Source: Macrostomum hystrix
Lineage: Eukaryota; Animalia; Platyhelminthes
Length of the DNA stretch: 64,000 nucleotides
Reading direction: 5' to 3'
NCBI GenBank assembly: GCA_950097015.1
Contig: CATNEN010000038.1
Span: 8,184,001 to 8,248,000, forward strand
The stretch's first letter is position 1. Each line of letters starts with the position of its first letter. Under the pieces are notes generated by a model, which was not told the origin of the DNA, did not search any database, and saw only the letters and a list, made by a program, of their open reading frames with translations. Both the position numbers and the translations under genes were made by a program. Positions 36,661 through 49,907 of this stretch are shown piece after piece.

Positions 36661-37157
36661 AACCTGAGAAGGAAGGAGAATTGACTAAGTAAGTAATGGT
36701 GAAATCTAGACAGGAATAAAGGGAATCCATGGAGGGGCAAAGGAAATCCAGTAGAAACGAATTTAAATTCAGAAGAGGGATGATTGCAAGAGTCCAAAAT
36801 CAAGGGATCTCGTAGCAAACAGGGATGCGGTAAAAGCAACCAACCTGGGAATAGGAATTTCACGCTAAGAGAGAATGTTACAAAATATTTCCGGGAAGTC
36901 ACACAGAACTGGGGAGAGCTGGACCAGGAGACATGTGAAAAAAGCGCGATAACAAAACAAGCGTGCGTCTCGATTCACAAAGAACAGGCTGAGAACAATA
37001 GGGCAGGACATCCGACAAGAACTGGTGGCAACAAAGACAGCTTTGAGAGAGATGAGAGAGAGGGAGATTTAGTTAAAACATCGAATTGAAAACACAGCAA
37101 CTGGACTGAGTGTAAAGGCGGGCAGTTCAATAGGACACTGGAGTGAGTCAGCAGTCT

Positions 37158-40100
37158 TCACAGCAGGCAGCCGACAACCGTGGCAGCCTCAGTCAGCCTG
37201 ACCGAGTAGCTGGTGTCGGTGAATCGGCCAATCAGCGGCTTCAGGCCCAGATCCTTCGCCCGGGTGAGTGCCGCCTCACCTGTTGACAGCAGGTTGCCAA
37301 TGGAGACCACAGTTAGAAAGGCCGGCTCGTCTTTCAGCGAGGCCCCGGCTCGGTTGAGGAAACTGTGCAGAGACTCAAGAAGACGCAGCTGCTGCTGCTG
37401 CTGCTGCACCAGCTGGGACAAGTTGCAAAGAACTGACGCCATTGCGATCTGCAGATGAACGCGTAGATAAAAATGGTGAATGCAACTGATCGTGACTATG
37501 ATCAAAGACAATAACCAATGACCAAATCAAACAGTGGAGTAGATGGAATGACCAAATCAGACTGGGGAGTAGATGGAATGACCAAATCAGACAGGGGAGT
37601 AGATGGAATGACCAAATCAGTCTGGGTAGTAGATGGAATGACCAAATCAGACAGGGGAGTAGATGGAATGACCAAATCAGTCTGGGGAGTAGATAGAATG
37701 ACCAAATCAGACTGGGGAGTTGATGGAATGACCAAATCAGACTGGGGAGTTGATGGAATGACCAAATCAGACTGGGGAGTAGATAGAATGACCAAATCAG
37801 ACTGGGGAGTTGATGGAATGACCAAATCAGACTGGGGAGTAGATAGAATGACCAAATCAGACTGGGGAGTTGATGGAATGACCAAATCAGACTCACCTGC
37901 CAGCCAGCATTGTCAGCAGCAAATGGCAGGCTGTCCAGAGCGTCAGCAAGCAGGCGGCAGTGCTCGGCGAGCCAGACTCGGCCGGCCGGAGAGGCGATGA
38001 GATTGGCGGCCAGACGGCCCGTCAGCATCTGGCAGGGCCCGCCGCCAGAGGGCGACAGGAACTGGCTGAGCAGGCGGGCCGCAGCCGGCTGAATGTCGGG
38101 TCCGGCAGCTGCAGGCGACAGCAGAGCCTCCGCAGCCGGTGGAAATCGGCAGGCGAGTCGGAGGACGTCAAGCAGCGGGACGCGGCAGTCGGCCGGGCCG
38201 GAGATGGCCGCATCAGCAACAGAGCGGAGGAGGTCGGAGTCGGCAGCGACGCCGCAGCCGCCGGACTCGATGAGGCTGTCCAGACGGTCAATCAGCCTGG
38301 CGGGAAAGGCCGAGTCGGGGGAGGCGGCCAGCTCGGATAGCTTCTTCTTCAGTCCGGCCAGGTTGGCTGCTGACAGGATCTGCGGCTGCTTGAATGGCAG
38401 GTACCTGCAGGTGGGGAAAGGGGATAATTAGAGAAACTGTGAAGAAAAGGAAGGGTAGAAAGGGAGAACGAGAAGAAAAAGGAACGCGAGAATGGGAAGA
38501 AAATGGGAAGGATAATGAACTTTTTATAGGGAGAAACTGGGACGGACAAGGAAGCGCAGAATGAGGAGAAACTGGGAAGGACAAGGAAGCGGAGAATGGG
38601 GAGAATCTAGGAAGGGCAATGAACTTGAGAATGGGGGGAAACTGGGAAGGACAAGGAAGTGGAGAATAGGGAAAATCTGGGAAGGACAAGGAAGCGAAGA
38701 ATGAGGAGAAACTGGGAAGGACAAGGAAGCGGAGAATGGGGAGAATCTAGGAAGGGCAATGAACTTGAGAATGGGGGGAAACTGGGAAGGACAAGGAAGT
38801 GGAGAATGGGGAAAATCTGGGAAGGACAAGGAAGCGAAGAATGGGGAGAAACTGGGAAGGACAAGGAAGCGGAGAATGGGGAGAATCTAGGAAGGGCAAT
38901 GAACTTGAGAATGGGGGGAAACTGGGAAGGACAAGGAAGTGGAGAATGGGGAAAATCTGGGAAGGACAAGGAAGCGGAGAATGGGGAGAAACTGGGAAGG
39001 ACAAGGAAGTGGAGAATGGGGAAAATCTGGGAAGGACAAGGAAGCGAAGAATGGGGAGAAACTGGGAAGGATAATGAGCTGGAGAATAGGGAGAAACTGG
39101 GAAGGACAAGGAAGTGGAGAATGAGGAGAAACTGGGAAGGACAAGGAAGCGGAGAATGGGGACAAACTGGGAAGGATAATGAGCTGGAGAATAGGGAGAA
39201 ACTGGGAAGGACAAGGAAGTGGAGAATGAGGAGAAACTGGGAAGGACAAGGAAGTGGAGAATGAGGAGAAACTGGGAAGGACAAGGAAGTGGAGAATGAG
39301 GAGAAACTGGGAAGGACAAGGAAGTGGAGAATGGGGAGAAACGGGGAAGGACAAGGAAGTGGAGAATGGGGAGAAACTGGGAAGGACAAGGAAATGGAGA
39401 ATGGGGAGAAACTGGGAAGGACAAGGAAGCGAAGAATGGGGAGAAACTGGGAAGGACAAGGAAGCGGAGAATGGGGAGAAACGGGGAAGGACAAGGAAGC
39501 GAAGAATGGGGAGAAACTGGGAAGGACAAGGAAGCGGAGAATGGGGACAAACTGGGAAGGATAATGAGCTGGAGAATAGGGAGAAACTGGGAAGGACAAG
39601 GAAGTGGAGAATGAGGAGAAACTGGGAAGGACAAGGAAGTGGAGAATGAGGAGAAACTGGGAAGGACAAGGAAGCGGAGAATGGGTAGAAACTGGGAAGG
39701 ACAAGGAAGCGGAGAATGGGGACAAACTGGGAAGGATAATGAGCTGGAGAATAGGGAGAAACTGGGAAGGACAAGGAAGTGGAGAATGAGGAGAAACTGG
39801 GAAGGACAAGGAAGTGGAGAATGAGGAGAAACTGGGAAGGACAAGGAAGTGGAGAATGGGGAGAAACGGGGAAGGACAAGGAAGTGGAGAATGGGGAGAA
39901 ACTGGGAAAGAAAATGAGCTGGAGAATAGGGAGAAACTGGGAGAATGGGGAGAAACTGGGGAGAAGGACAAGGAACGGGAGAATGGGGAGAAACTGGGGA
40001 GAAGGACAAGGAACGGGAGAATGGGGAGAAACTGGGGAGAAGGACAAGGAACGGGAGAATGGGGAGAAACTGGGGAGAAGGACAAGGAACGGGAGAATGG

Positions 40101-43100
40101 GGAGAAACAGAGAAGCAACAGGAAGAGAGAATAGGGGGGGCAGAAGCTACTAGGGCTTGATTAAAGCAGGCATGGGCGGACGCCAGTGGGAGAATATTGG
40201 GAGAAAGGTTGTTCGGGAGTCAGCGAGATCACAGAGAACAATGCCATGCTCAGAGACAGTTCCGCTGGGCTGGCAGTTCATTCATAAGTGATTTTTTATG
40301 ACAGGTTCAACATAGCTGTCAATGTGATCCACTCGCACTAGTCAAACACAAGTTGGAATGCTTGGCCAACATCAAAGAATTGTTTTACACAAAGAGTGAC
40401 ATGAAATCCGTGAACTACATCTTTGGGTCATGTTAGATGCTTTTTGCTATTTTTTAATGCACAAAAACAAAACATGGGACCCCGAGATTCCGCAACTGAG
40501 TTACATGCTAGATTTGAGCACAGCTGAAGCGAAAAGTTGGCAAAAATATGTCAGTTTGTAAACATTAAATGAAAGAAAGAAATGGCCAACAACACTAATC
40601 TACTCTGAATGCTCGCCATTTAATATCCTTTGATCCCATAATGATTTAGGATAAATTCGATATTCCCAGATTCCCAGCTACTCAGTATCCCAGTGTACCC
40701 GTCCCCCTGAGCCCACAGCTATTCGATATCACTTCACATTCGGTCACACATGCTTAGGTCTCACAGTCAATCGATATCCCCTGATTCCACAGTCAATCGA
40801 TATCCCCTGATCCCACAGTCAATCGATCTCCCATGATCCCACAGTCAATCGATCTCCCATGATCCCACAGTCAATCGATCTCCCATGATCCCACAGTCAA
40901 TCGATATCCCCTGATACCACAGTCAATCGATATCCCCTGATCCCACCGTCAATCGATATCCCCTGATCCCACCGTCAATCGATATCCCCTGATCCCACAG
41001 TCAATCGATCTCCTCTGATCCCACAGTCAATCGATATCCCCTGATCCCACCGTCAATCGATATCCCCTGATCCCACCGTCAATCGATATCCCCTGATCCC
41101 ACCGTCAATCGTTATCCCCTGATCCCACCGTCAATCGATATCCCCTGATCCCACCGTCAATCGATATCCCCTGATCCCACAGTCAATCGATCTCCTCTGA
41201 TCCCATCGTCAATCGATATCCCCTGATCCCACCGTCAATCGATATCCCCTGATCCCACCGTCAATCGATATCCCCTGATCCCACAGTCAATCGATATCCC
41301 CTGATCCCACCGTCAATCGATATCCCTAATCCTTCTAGCAGTATTCCCAACTCACTTGGCTTTTAACTCCGGAGTGACGCCACGGCCAAAGCCGCTGCCG
41401 CCGCCGCTGCCTCCCGGCACATAGCGGCTGCCGCCAGTGAAGGGATCCGTGTAACCGCCGCCTCCGCCGCTACTGCCTGCGGATCCGGGAATGTACCTCC
41501 CTGTGCCAGTGTAGGGATCGGCATAAGTGCCCTGGCTAATTGTGGGAGTCTCCCCAGCGTTGGTCCTGATAAACTGGGCCACCTGATCCAGGTAGGCCTG
41601 AGGCAGCAGGTGCTTGTCGATGAATTTCTGGGCAGCGAACCAAGGATCCTCCGTGCGATTATAGGGCAGCTGCAGCGGCGGCTTGCCCTCTTCAACGTCA
41701 ACTGTGAACACGAAGTCATAGTCCTGGCCCTCGAATCGGGTCTTGCCGCCGGCGCTGACAGTTTCGCCGCCTTCCCCGCCGACAACGTCGCCAATTTTTT
41801 GCCACCTGAATAAAAAGCATCAAAAGTTGAAACCTTAATTAGTAATTCTTTTAACGAATTTATGGCCTGAAAGTTAGAGGATAATTATCCCAACGTCAAA
41901 AAACTCCAGGATTCAATATTATAGGATTATGATCCCAATGGAAAAAAAGTCTAAGGATTGAACCATAAGAAAATCAAAAGTTTCAATATTATGATCCCAA
42001 TGGGAGTCAATGGCCAAGTATTATGATCCCAATGGGAGTCAATGGCCAAGTATAATGATCCCAATGGGAGTCAATGGTCAAGGATTATGATCCCAATGGG
42101 AGTCAATGGTCAAGGATTATGATCCCAATGGGAGTCAATGGTCAAGTATAATGATCCCAATGGGAGTCAATGGTCAAGTATTATGATCCCAATGGGAGTC
42201 AAGGTCAAGTATTATGATCCCAATGGGAGTCAATGGTCAAGGATTATGATCCCAATGGGAGTCAATGGTCAAGTATAATGATCCCAATGGGAGTCAATGG
42301 TCAAGTATTATGATCCCAATGGGAGTCAAGGTCAAGGATTATGATCCCAATGGGAGTCAATGGCCAAGTATTATGATCCCAATGGGAGTCAAGGTCAAGT
42401 ATTATGATCCCAATGGGAGTCAATGGTCAAGTATTATGATCCCAATGGGAGTCAATGGTCAAGTATTATGATCCCAATGGGAGTCAATGGTCAAGGATTA
42501 TGATCCCAAACGAAACAACAGTCCAGTGCACTAAGACTCACTTTGCCTCATCACTAGACCACTGGTGAGCTTCAATCTTGGCGCCTCGCCGAACCATGAC
42601 CACCTGGCCTTCGCGTTGGCCAGGGCGGGACAGTAGCTCGGTTCCCGGCAGCTTCTCAGTGTCCAGGTCGCCTATCTTCACCGGGATGGCGCTGTCAGCC
42701 ACCTCCTCTTCGAACTGCTTCAGCTGCTGCGGTGAGGCCAGGCGGTTCGCGTCCGATGTGAAGATTCGGACAACCTGCAGGGGCGAAGGAGTCGATTGGG
42801 TAGTGGGATTTTGGTCTGCCTGACTACCTGACAACTGGTAAAGGACACCTGTGAACTAGGACACCTGTCAACCAGGACACCTATCAACCAGGACAACCTG
42901 TCAACCAGGATACCTGTCAACCAGGACAACCTGTCAACAAGGATACCTGCCAACCAGGATACTTGTCAACCAGGATACCTGTCCAACAGCATACCTGTCA
43001 ACCAGGATACCTGTCAACCAGGATACCTGTCCAACAGCATACCTGTCAACCAGGATACCTGTCAACCAGGTATCAACTAGGATACCTGTCAACCAGGTAT

Positions 43101-44883
43101 CAACTAGGATACCTGTCAACCAGGATACTTGTCAACCAGGATACCTGCCAACCAGGACACCTGTCAACTAGAATACCTGTCAACCAGGATACCTGTCAAC
43201 CAGGATACCTGTCAACCAGGACACCTATCAACCAGGATACCTGTCAACCAGAATACCTGTCAACCAGGATACCAGGTAGCTAGGATACCTGTCAGAAAAA
43301 CAGGATCACTCACCGCGTCGCTGCCAGCTACAGCCAGGTCGCCATTGAGCAGGCAGCAGACGGCCCATATGGACTGGCAGGGCATGGCCAGGGTCTGCAG
43401 GCAGGCGCCAGTCTCCAGCGACCACAGCCGGCAGGTTCGATCCTCCGATGTCGAAGCGAAGTGAAGAACTTCGCCATCGGAGTCCGGCTCCGGCAGGGCG
43501 GCGACGGCGTAGATGAAGCCAGTGTGACCTTCAAATGTCATCAAACTGGAGGAGGCGTGCAGCTGCCAGAGTCGCAGGGTGGCGTCATTGCTACAGGACA
43601 GGAAGCGGCGATTCGGAAGTCGGCACAGGCCGCGCACCGCGTCTTGGTGGCCGGACAGGGTTGACAGACAGGCATTCTTCACATCCTGCGGCTGCAGGGG
43701 ATCGGATGCAAGATTTTGGACTGCATGCTGATAACGCTACTTAAAGTAGAATATAAGAGACTGTATTCGGGTTTCTGTCAAGTTTATCTTTCAGGTCTAG
43801 ACTCTAAAACCAATAAATTTTAGGCATACAACATTACGAATTCAGAGTTTGAATGAACAATGATCCCTAATCCTAGATTTTAAACGTTGATCCCAAGCCC
43901 AGATTATGAACATTGATCCCAAATCACAGATTTTGAACAATGATCCCAAATCACAGATTATGAACAATGATCCCAAATCACAGATTATGAACAATGATCC
44001 TAACATCCATATGCCAACCATTTTTATAGAATCTCGATTCCAATAACTATCTAAAATCCAAGACTACCACACCTTCTCGTCGTCCAAGTCTTTATCCGGG
44101 CCGAGCGACAAAGACCAGAGCTTGATGTGCCTGTCGGCGCCCGCAGTAACAACCAGGGCCTCCTCCGGGTCGAAGCTGATGGCGGCCCAGACGGCCGCTT
44201 CGTGTCCTCCGGCGAACACCGCTACGCAGCGATTGCGTCGCCACAGGCGGGCGGTGCGATCCCAGCTGGCGCTGAGGAGCTGGCGGCTGCTGGAGCCCAT
44301 CGGACCGGCGCAGCTCAGGCCGCACACGTTGGCTTCGTGACCTTCCAGGCGGGCTACGGGCTCCGGCGAGTCCAGTGTGAATGCCAAGATCACCTGCAGA
44401 TGGATTGCGGCGCAATATCGGTAAACAGGATGCGTTTGCCTCTCGAGCCAAGGTCCCTAAGTTCGATTCCGCGGTGAGGCCACATTTATTTGTGGCGCAG
44501 CCGCGGAGAGAAGGCTTGGGGGCTTGTCGTGCAATTTACACCCTTGAGGGCCAACCTCCAAGGCACCTCCAAATCACCTTATCCATGCCGGCTGTGTACA
44601 GCAGTCCGCCGGGGCACCAATCGCACGGATCCATCCAAGCCACAGCGTTAACATAGCCGGCATGGGAGCAGAGGCCCAGGCATTCCGTGTAGCCGACCGC
44701 GCCCCGAGACACGGCCAGGTCAGGGCTCCAAACTCGAACTGTCCGGTCTCGACTGGCGCTGGCCAGACAGGACGCCCCGGCCAGGGCGGGCGACGTCACC
44801 GAGCACAACGACTTGACGTCCTTCTCGTGGCCAAGCAGGCTGCAGCTCAGACGGAATGGACGAAACGAACTCGCTGAGGCCAT
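37158..44883 (-). CDS. PLAA: Phospholipase A2-activating protein (Doa1/Ufd3 orthologue; WD40-PFU-PUL), 7 exons (44883-44578, 44393-44073, 43685-43314, 42774-42542, 41805-41356, 38404-37897, 37448-37158), ~826 aa
   Basis: FRLSCSLLGHEKDV, SASRDRT, SASWDRT, SCSNDAT and TSEDRT WD repeats; WQKIGDVVG; PFU domain YDFVFTVDVEEGKPPLQLPYN...YLDQVAQFI; DPFTGGSRYVPG; PUL domain VPLLDVLRL; phases consistent. Confidence 0.96.
37517..37893. repeat. 30-bp minisatellite, PLAA intron 6
   Basis: ATGACCAAATCAGACTGGGGAGT(A/T)GATGGA; abuts the splice donor. Confidence 0.95.
38530..40110. repeat. 35/36-bp purine-rich minisatellite, PLAA intron 5
   Basis: GGAGAAACTGGGAAGGACAAGGAAGTGGAGAATG(G/A). Confidence 0.95.
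40762..41327. repeat. 26-bp minisatellite, PLAA intron 5
   Basis: GATCCCAC(C/A)GTCAATCGATATCCCCT. Confidence 0.95.
41985..42508. repeat. 32-bp minisatellite, PLAA intron 4
   Basis: TATTATGATCCCAATGGGAGTCAATGGTCAAG. Confidence 0.95.
42845..43293. repeat. 16-bp minisatellite, PLAA intron 3
   Basis: ACCAGGATACCTGTCA. Confidence 0.92.
43850..44000. repeat. 27-bp short array, PLAA intron 2
   Basis: TGAACAATGATCCCAAATCACAGATTA. Confidence 0.8.
44420..44566 (+). mobile_element. SINE family 1 5' fragment filling PLAA intron 1
   Basis: GCGTTTGCCTCTCG..CCAAGGTCCCTAAGTTCGATTCCGCGG...GAGGGCCAACCTCCAAGGCAC matches the copy at 30708. Confidence 0.85.
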
Positions 44884-44959
44884 GGCTTGGTTAATTGAAT
44901 TGCTGCAATTTTTTAATCTAGATTTGCATCTATGAGAAGCTCTGGGACAAGGCTAGGGA

Positions 44960-45355
44960 ATAAATCTAGTAGGATCTGAAAGGGATAAAAAATCAAGGAG
45001 GATCCGACCGGGGATAAATCTAGTAGGATCTGACAGGGATAAATCTAGGAGGATCTGACAGGGGATAAATCTAGTAGGATCCGACAGGGGATAAATCTAG
45101 GAGGATCTGACAGGGGATAAATCTAGGAGGATCTGACAGGGGATAAATCTAGGAGGATCCGACAGGGGATAAATCTAGGAGGATCTGACAGGGGATAAAT
45201 CTAGGAGGATCCGACAGGTGATAAATCTAGTAGGATCCGACAGGGGATAAATCTAGTAGGATCCGACAGGGGATAAATCTAGTAGGATCCGACAGGGGAT
45301 AAATCTAGTAGGATCCGACAGGGGATAAATCTAGTAGGATCCGACAGGGATAAAT
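44960..45355. repeat. 26-bp minisatellite upstream of the PLAA start
   Basis: GGGGATAAATCTAG(T/G)AGGATC(C/T)GACA. Confidence 0.95.
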
Positions 45356-45421
45356 CGGGTTACTTGAAAGGATGCGTATTTGGTGACTGGAATCACGCGG
45401 GTAATATTGTACTGCATACGG

Positions 45422-45896
45422 CAGGGGTCGGCAAACTCCGGCCCGCGGGCCAGATGCGGCCCTCGAAGCCCCTAAATCTGGTCCGTTGCCCCTTCCACCA
45501 CCTATAGTATCCTGTCTCATCTCTCTAGTGTCTTATCTGTCCTGTGTCTAATTATCTCTCCCCTGTCTCATCTCTGCCGTGTCTCCCGTCTCTCCAGTCT
45601 TATCTTTTCTCATCTTTGGCTTAATCCTCCCCTGTCTCGTCTATCCGGAGTCTCATCTCTCCCATTTCTCATCTATCCTGTGTCCCATCTCTCCCATTTA
45701 TCATCTCTCCCATTTCTCATCTCTCTCATTTCTCATCTCTCCCATTTCTCATCTCTCCCATTTCTCATCTCTCCTATTTCTCATCTATCCTGTGTCTCAT
45801 CTCTCCCCTTTCTCATATTCCTACAGTTAATACGGCCCGCTGTCGTCCTATAGGTTCTCTCCGTGGCCCGCTCGCTAAAAAGTTTGCTGACCCCTG
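45422..45896. mobile_element. Non-autonomous hAT (Charlie-like) element, 475 bp
   Basis: TIRs CAGGGGTCGGCAAACT and AGTTTGCTGACCCCTG; subterminal CGGCCCG motifs; 8-bp TSD GCATACGG/GCATACCG (7 of 8). Confidence 0.88.
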
Positions 45897-46600
45897 GCAT
45901 ACCGGATGTTTTAATTTTAGACAAACGCAAATTATGCGATATACAAAATGATGTTTGAAACTTTAATCAATCTATTATTTTAAACTGTATAATAATAAAC
46001 TCTATAACAGACTACTGCCTGACAGTAGTTTAATCACACATATGAAAAAACTGGCATCTTATAAGTTGTCATCATGACTTATTTCAGAAAGAGATCTGTG
46101 TATCAAGCTTCGAAAAGTAAAAAATCACAAAAACATGCTCTATAGAAAGGCCACAAGCTAGTCGAACAAACGGAGTTAATTTGTTGATGGAGGAAATGGA
46201 AAAAAACTGAATGCTTTGGGAAATCAACCGGAGATGGAAATTACCCCTAGCCCACTTGGGTTGGGTCAGTCTGTGGACTGGTACCCCAACTTGTGAAATC
46301 TTACAGCTGGGCGAACGGAAGCAAAAATGCTTCCCTTGGGTCGAGATTCGAACTCGGGATCTCTTGACAAAAATGTATAATTTTTGTGAAAATTATATGG
46401 ACTTTAGGAACTCAACTCACTAGACAAATTTAGGGATAAAGTTGAAGAGATTTGTAAATGGGATTTTAGAAAGCAAGAAGAATGGAAGAATCGCTAGGCC
46501 ATCATGCAACACGCAATGTACAGAGATGAGCAAGGAAATTAGGAATATAAACAAACAACAAAGACACTCAAGCAGGAGATTTCATTGAAGGGAAGAATTG

Positions 46601-49496
46601 TCAGACAGGCGGCATGGAGTCCAGGTTTGGCATCACCCGGACGGGCACAGGAGCTGCCTGGGCTTCAGCCCGCTGATAGAACCGGCACTCTGGCAGGTGA
46701 CGCGAGAGCCAGGCTGCGGCAGGCAGGCCGCCGGGCTGATGATTGGCGAATGCCGCCTGGCCGGAGGCGAACCAGCGAGCTCCGGCTGGTCCGGTCAGCT
46801 GACGCCAGCCGGTGATGCCAGTTGGCGATTGATTCGCCCGCAGCTGCCAGCCGAGCTCGACGCAGCAGCTTCGGCCGCGTCGCCAACGATCATTGTCCAG
46901 ACGGTGACGCATCGCCTGGCAGGTGGAGCGCAGGCAGAGCACGGCGTGGCTGTCCAGGTAGGCTAGGATGCGGTCAATGAGTTCATCTGGCAGGCTCATT
47001 AGGCTGGGAGCTGCGGGTGAAGGTCGCGGTCGGGGACCTTATATATTTTGCAAACTATTTTTTAGTTGAGCTAATTTAGAGTTCAACAGGCTACAAAGTA
47101 GCGGCCTAGCCCTGTTTAGAGAACTGTTTCAGCAGTTAACAAGCGGTTGAGTACTTTGTGATTTGTTTGAGCATTTAGAGAAGCGTTTGAGTAATTAAAA
47201 AGCGTTTGAGTAGCTAGAGAAGCGCTTGAGTAGCCAGAGAAGCGTTTGAGTAGCTAGAGAAACGTTTGAGTAGCTAGAGAAACCTTTGAGTAGTTAGAGA
47301 AACGCTTGAGAAGTTAAAGAAGCGTTTGAGCAGTTTAAGAAGCGGTTGAGCAGTTAAAGAAGCGTTTGAGTAGCTAGAGAAGCGTTTGAGTAGCTAGAGA
47401 AGCGTTTGAGTAGCCAGAGAAGCGTTTGAGTAGCCAGAGAAGCGTTTGAGTAAGCGTTTCAGTAATTAAAGAGGCGTTTGAGTGGTTAAAAAGCGTTTCA
47501 CTCGTTGTAAAAACGTTTTTAATGAATGGCTTTAATTCTATAACGCCGCTTATCACGGGGAGTATCAATTTATATGAGTATATACACTATATTTGAATAG
47601 TTGCCGAATAGCATATTTGCACTGGCACATCATTTGGTGCCGGTGGCAGTCTACCCGCAGCCAGCGACAGGGTTTCTAAGTTTCAAAAAACCTCTTTCTC
47701 ACCATAACTCAGCTCATCCACTTCCTTCTTATCCTCAACTTCATCGCCTTCGCCTAAGCTGTCTTTGCTCAGAACGGAAGTAGCCGCTGTCTCAACTTGT
47801 CGCCTGGCAAAGGCGTGGCCAATTAGGTCGAACACCAGGCTGGTGTCACCAGTAAAGCGGGCGGTGCAGCCTAGGTAGGCCAGCGGGCAGACAGTCTCAG
47901 CTGCCATTGTGTCACTGTCTGACAGATTCGGCAGCAGGCGCTGGTGCTGGGCAGCATGCCAGGCAAACTCGTCCCGGCGAACCACCTGGAGAATTCGGCC
48001 CCAGTGTGGGAGAGAACTAGTAGCTGCTCAGCAGCTCAACACACCTGATTAACTGAGCAGTGATGAGTAAGGAGACCTGAGCACCCACATAATCTACTGA
48101 GCAGTGATGAATAAGGAGACCTGAGCACCCACATGATCTACTGAGCAATGATGAATAAGGAGACCTGAGCACCCACATGATCTACTGAGCAATGATGAAC
48201 AAGGAGACCTGAGCACCCACATGATCTACTGAGCAGTGATGAATAAGGAGACCTGAGCACCGACATGATCTACTGAGCAGTGATGAATAAGGAGACCTGA
48301 GCACCGACATGATCTACTGAGCAATGATGAATAAGGAGACCTGAGCACCGACATGATCTACTGAGCAATGATGAATAAGGAGACCTGAGCACCGACATGA
48401 TCTACTGAGCAATGATGAATAAGGAGACCTGAGCACCCACATGATCTACTGAGCAATGATGAATAAGGAGACCTGAGCACCCACATGATCTACTGAGCAA
48501 TGATGAATAAGGAGACCTGAGCACCCACATGATCTACTGAGCAGTGATGAATAAGGAGACCTGAGCACCGACATGATCTACTGAGCAGTGATGAATAAGG
48601 AGACCTGAGCACCCACATGATCTACTGAGCAATGATGAACAAGGAGACCTGAGCACCCACATGATCTACTGAGCAATGATGAACAAGGAGACCTGAGCAC
48701 CCACATGATCTACTGAGCAGTCTGAGGCTTCTCAGGCCATCAAGGCAGCTAGAGATGATGCTCTCACCTGGCAGCAGACGCGAGCACCTCGCGGTCGCCA
48801 ATCGTGAGCTCTAGGACAGCCCTCATCTGGATTAGTGAAGCTGAGGTGATGATTAATCAGTTGTGGCAGCGGCGGCTGAGGCGGTGGCGACTCCTGCAGG
48901 CAGCTGAGGATTCTAGCTGACAAGCCTTGACAACGCAGCTCGTCTGATTCCGCCTGATCAGATTCCGCAGCTTTGCATTCGCGCCCGGCAACCGATCCCC
49001 GGTTGCCTAGCAGCTGGTCCACCGGTTCGCTACCAGCGCGGCCATTATTCTCCCTGCTACAGTCTGCAGGCTTTGAACTCGACGGCCTGACTTTGGCCCG
49101 CTCGCGCAGCATCAGCGAGAGGCAGAGGGCGCTATCGAAGTTCGATCGGCAAAAGCCGTCGCCATCCGGACAAGTGACACTCATTGAAGCGGATACAAAT
49201 GTGGGGAACAGCATTAGAGGGCACTGGATGATGGAGGCCGGACAGGTGGCCAGGTGAATGGCCAGCTGCTGTCTTGGCAAGCGCCGGTCGCAGCCGTAGG
49301 CGGCATTGATGCACGGCACCAGTTGTCGGGGGCAAATCAGCAGATGGTCGGGCTGTTTGCAGCCGTGAAAGCAGGCGCCGCAGTCGCATTTCATCATGTC
49401 GCAGCCGAGGCCGCAGCTGCGCCGATGACAGCGGCAGCAGTGATTAGCGCAGATGTTGTCCTTAAGCAGGGGGTTATTAAGAATTGAATTTACAGC
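46601..49496 (-). CDS. F-box protein FBXO30/FBXO40-like (TRAF-type Zn finger plus C-terminal F-box); exons 49496-48768, 47985-47703, 47010-46601; start codon unresolved
   Basis: HCCRC..SC...CGACFHGCKQPDHLLICP...PCINAAYGC...HLATCPASIIQC; RRDEFAWH; CPLAYLGC; F-box LMSLPDELIDRILAYLD. Confidence 0.85.
47140..47500. repeat. 20-bp minisatellite, FBXO intron
   Basis: GAGTAGCTAGAGAAGCGTTT. Confidence 0.9.
48053..48722. repeat. 44-bp minisatellite, FBXO intron
   Basis: CTGAGCAATGATGAATAAGGAGACCTGAGCACCCACATGATCTA. Confidence 0.97.
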
Positions 49497-49525
49497 CTGA
49501 AGCTCACAAGTTTGGCCCACTAGAC

Positions 49526-49907
49526 CAGGGGCCGGCAAACCTCAAATGCCTCCCGGGACAAAGAAAGTATAGCGGGCCTGATTGAATGCAATGCTGAGAC
49601 AGCGGAGAGATGAAACAGGGAAGATATGAGATAAGAGAGAGATAAGACGTGAGAAATAAGACAGGGCAGAGATGAGAGAGGGCAGGGTTGAGACATGGGA
49701 GAGATGAGACATGGAGAGATAAGACACAGGGAGATATGAGACAGGGGAGAGATGAGATGGGAGAGATCGGACAGGGGAGAGATGAGACACATGGAAGAGA
49801 TGAGACAGGGTAGAGATGAGACAGGGGAGAGATGAGACAGGGGAGAGATGAGACAGGGGAGAGATATGACAGGGGAGAGATGAGACAGGGGAGAGATGAG
49901 ACAGGGG
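49526..49907. mobile_element. hAT-like element end plus 16-bp GAGACAGGGGAGAGAT array, related to the 45422 element
   Basis: CAGGGGCCGGCAAACC terminus follows CACTAGAC; the internal array is the reverse complement of the one inside the 45422 element; the other TIR was not found. Confidence 0.6.

Noticed and set aside
38288-40160. Long ORFs of up to 503 aa on both strands
   Set aside because: They are translations of the 35-bp intronic minisatellite inside PLAA
48053-48722. CRISPR-like regular repeats (also 54377, 17511 and others)
   Set aside because: Head-to-tail tandem units with no unique spacers, no cas genes, and located in eukaryotic introns
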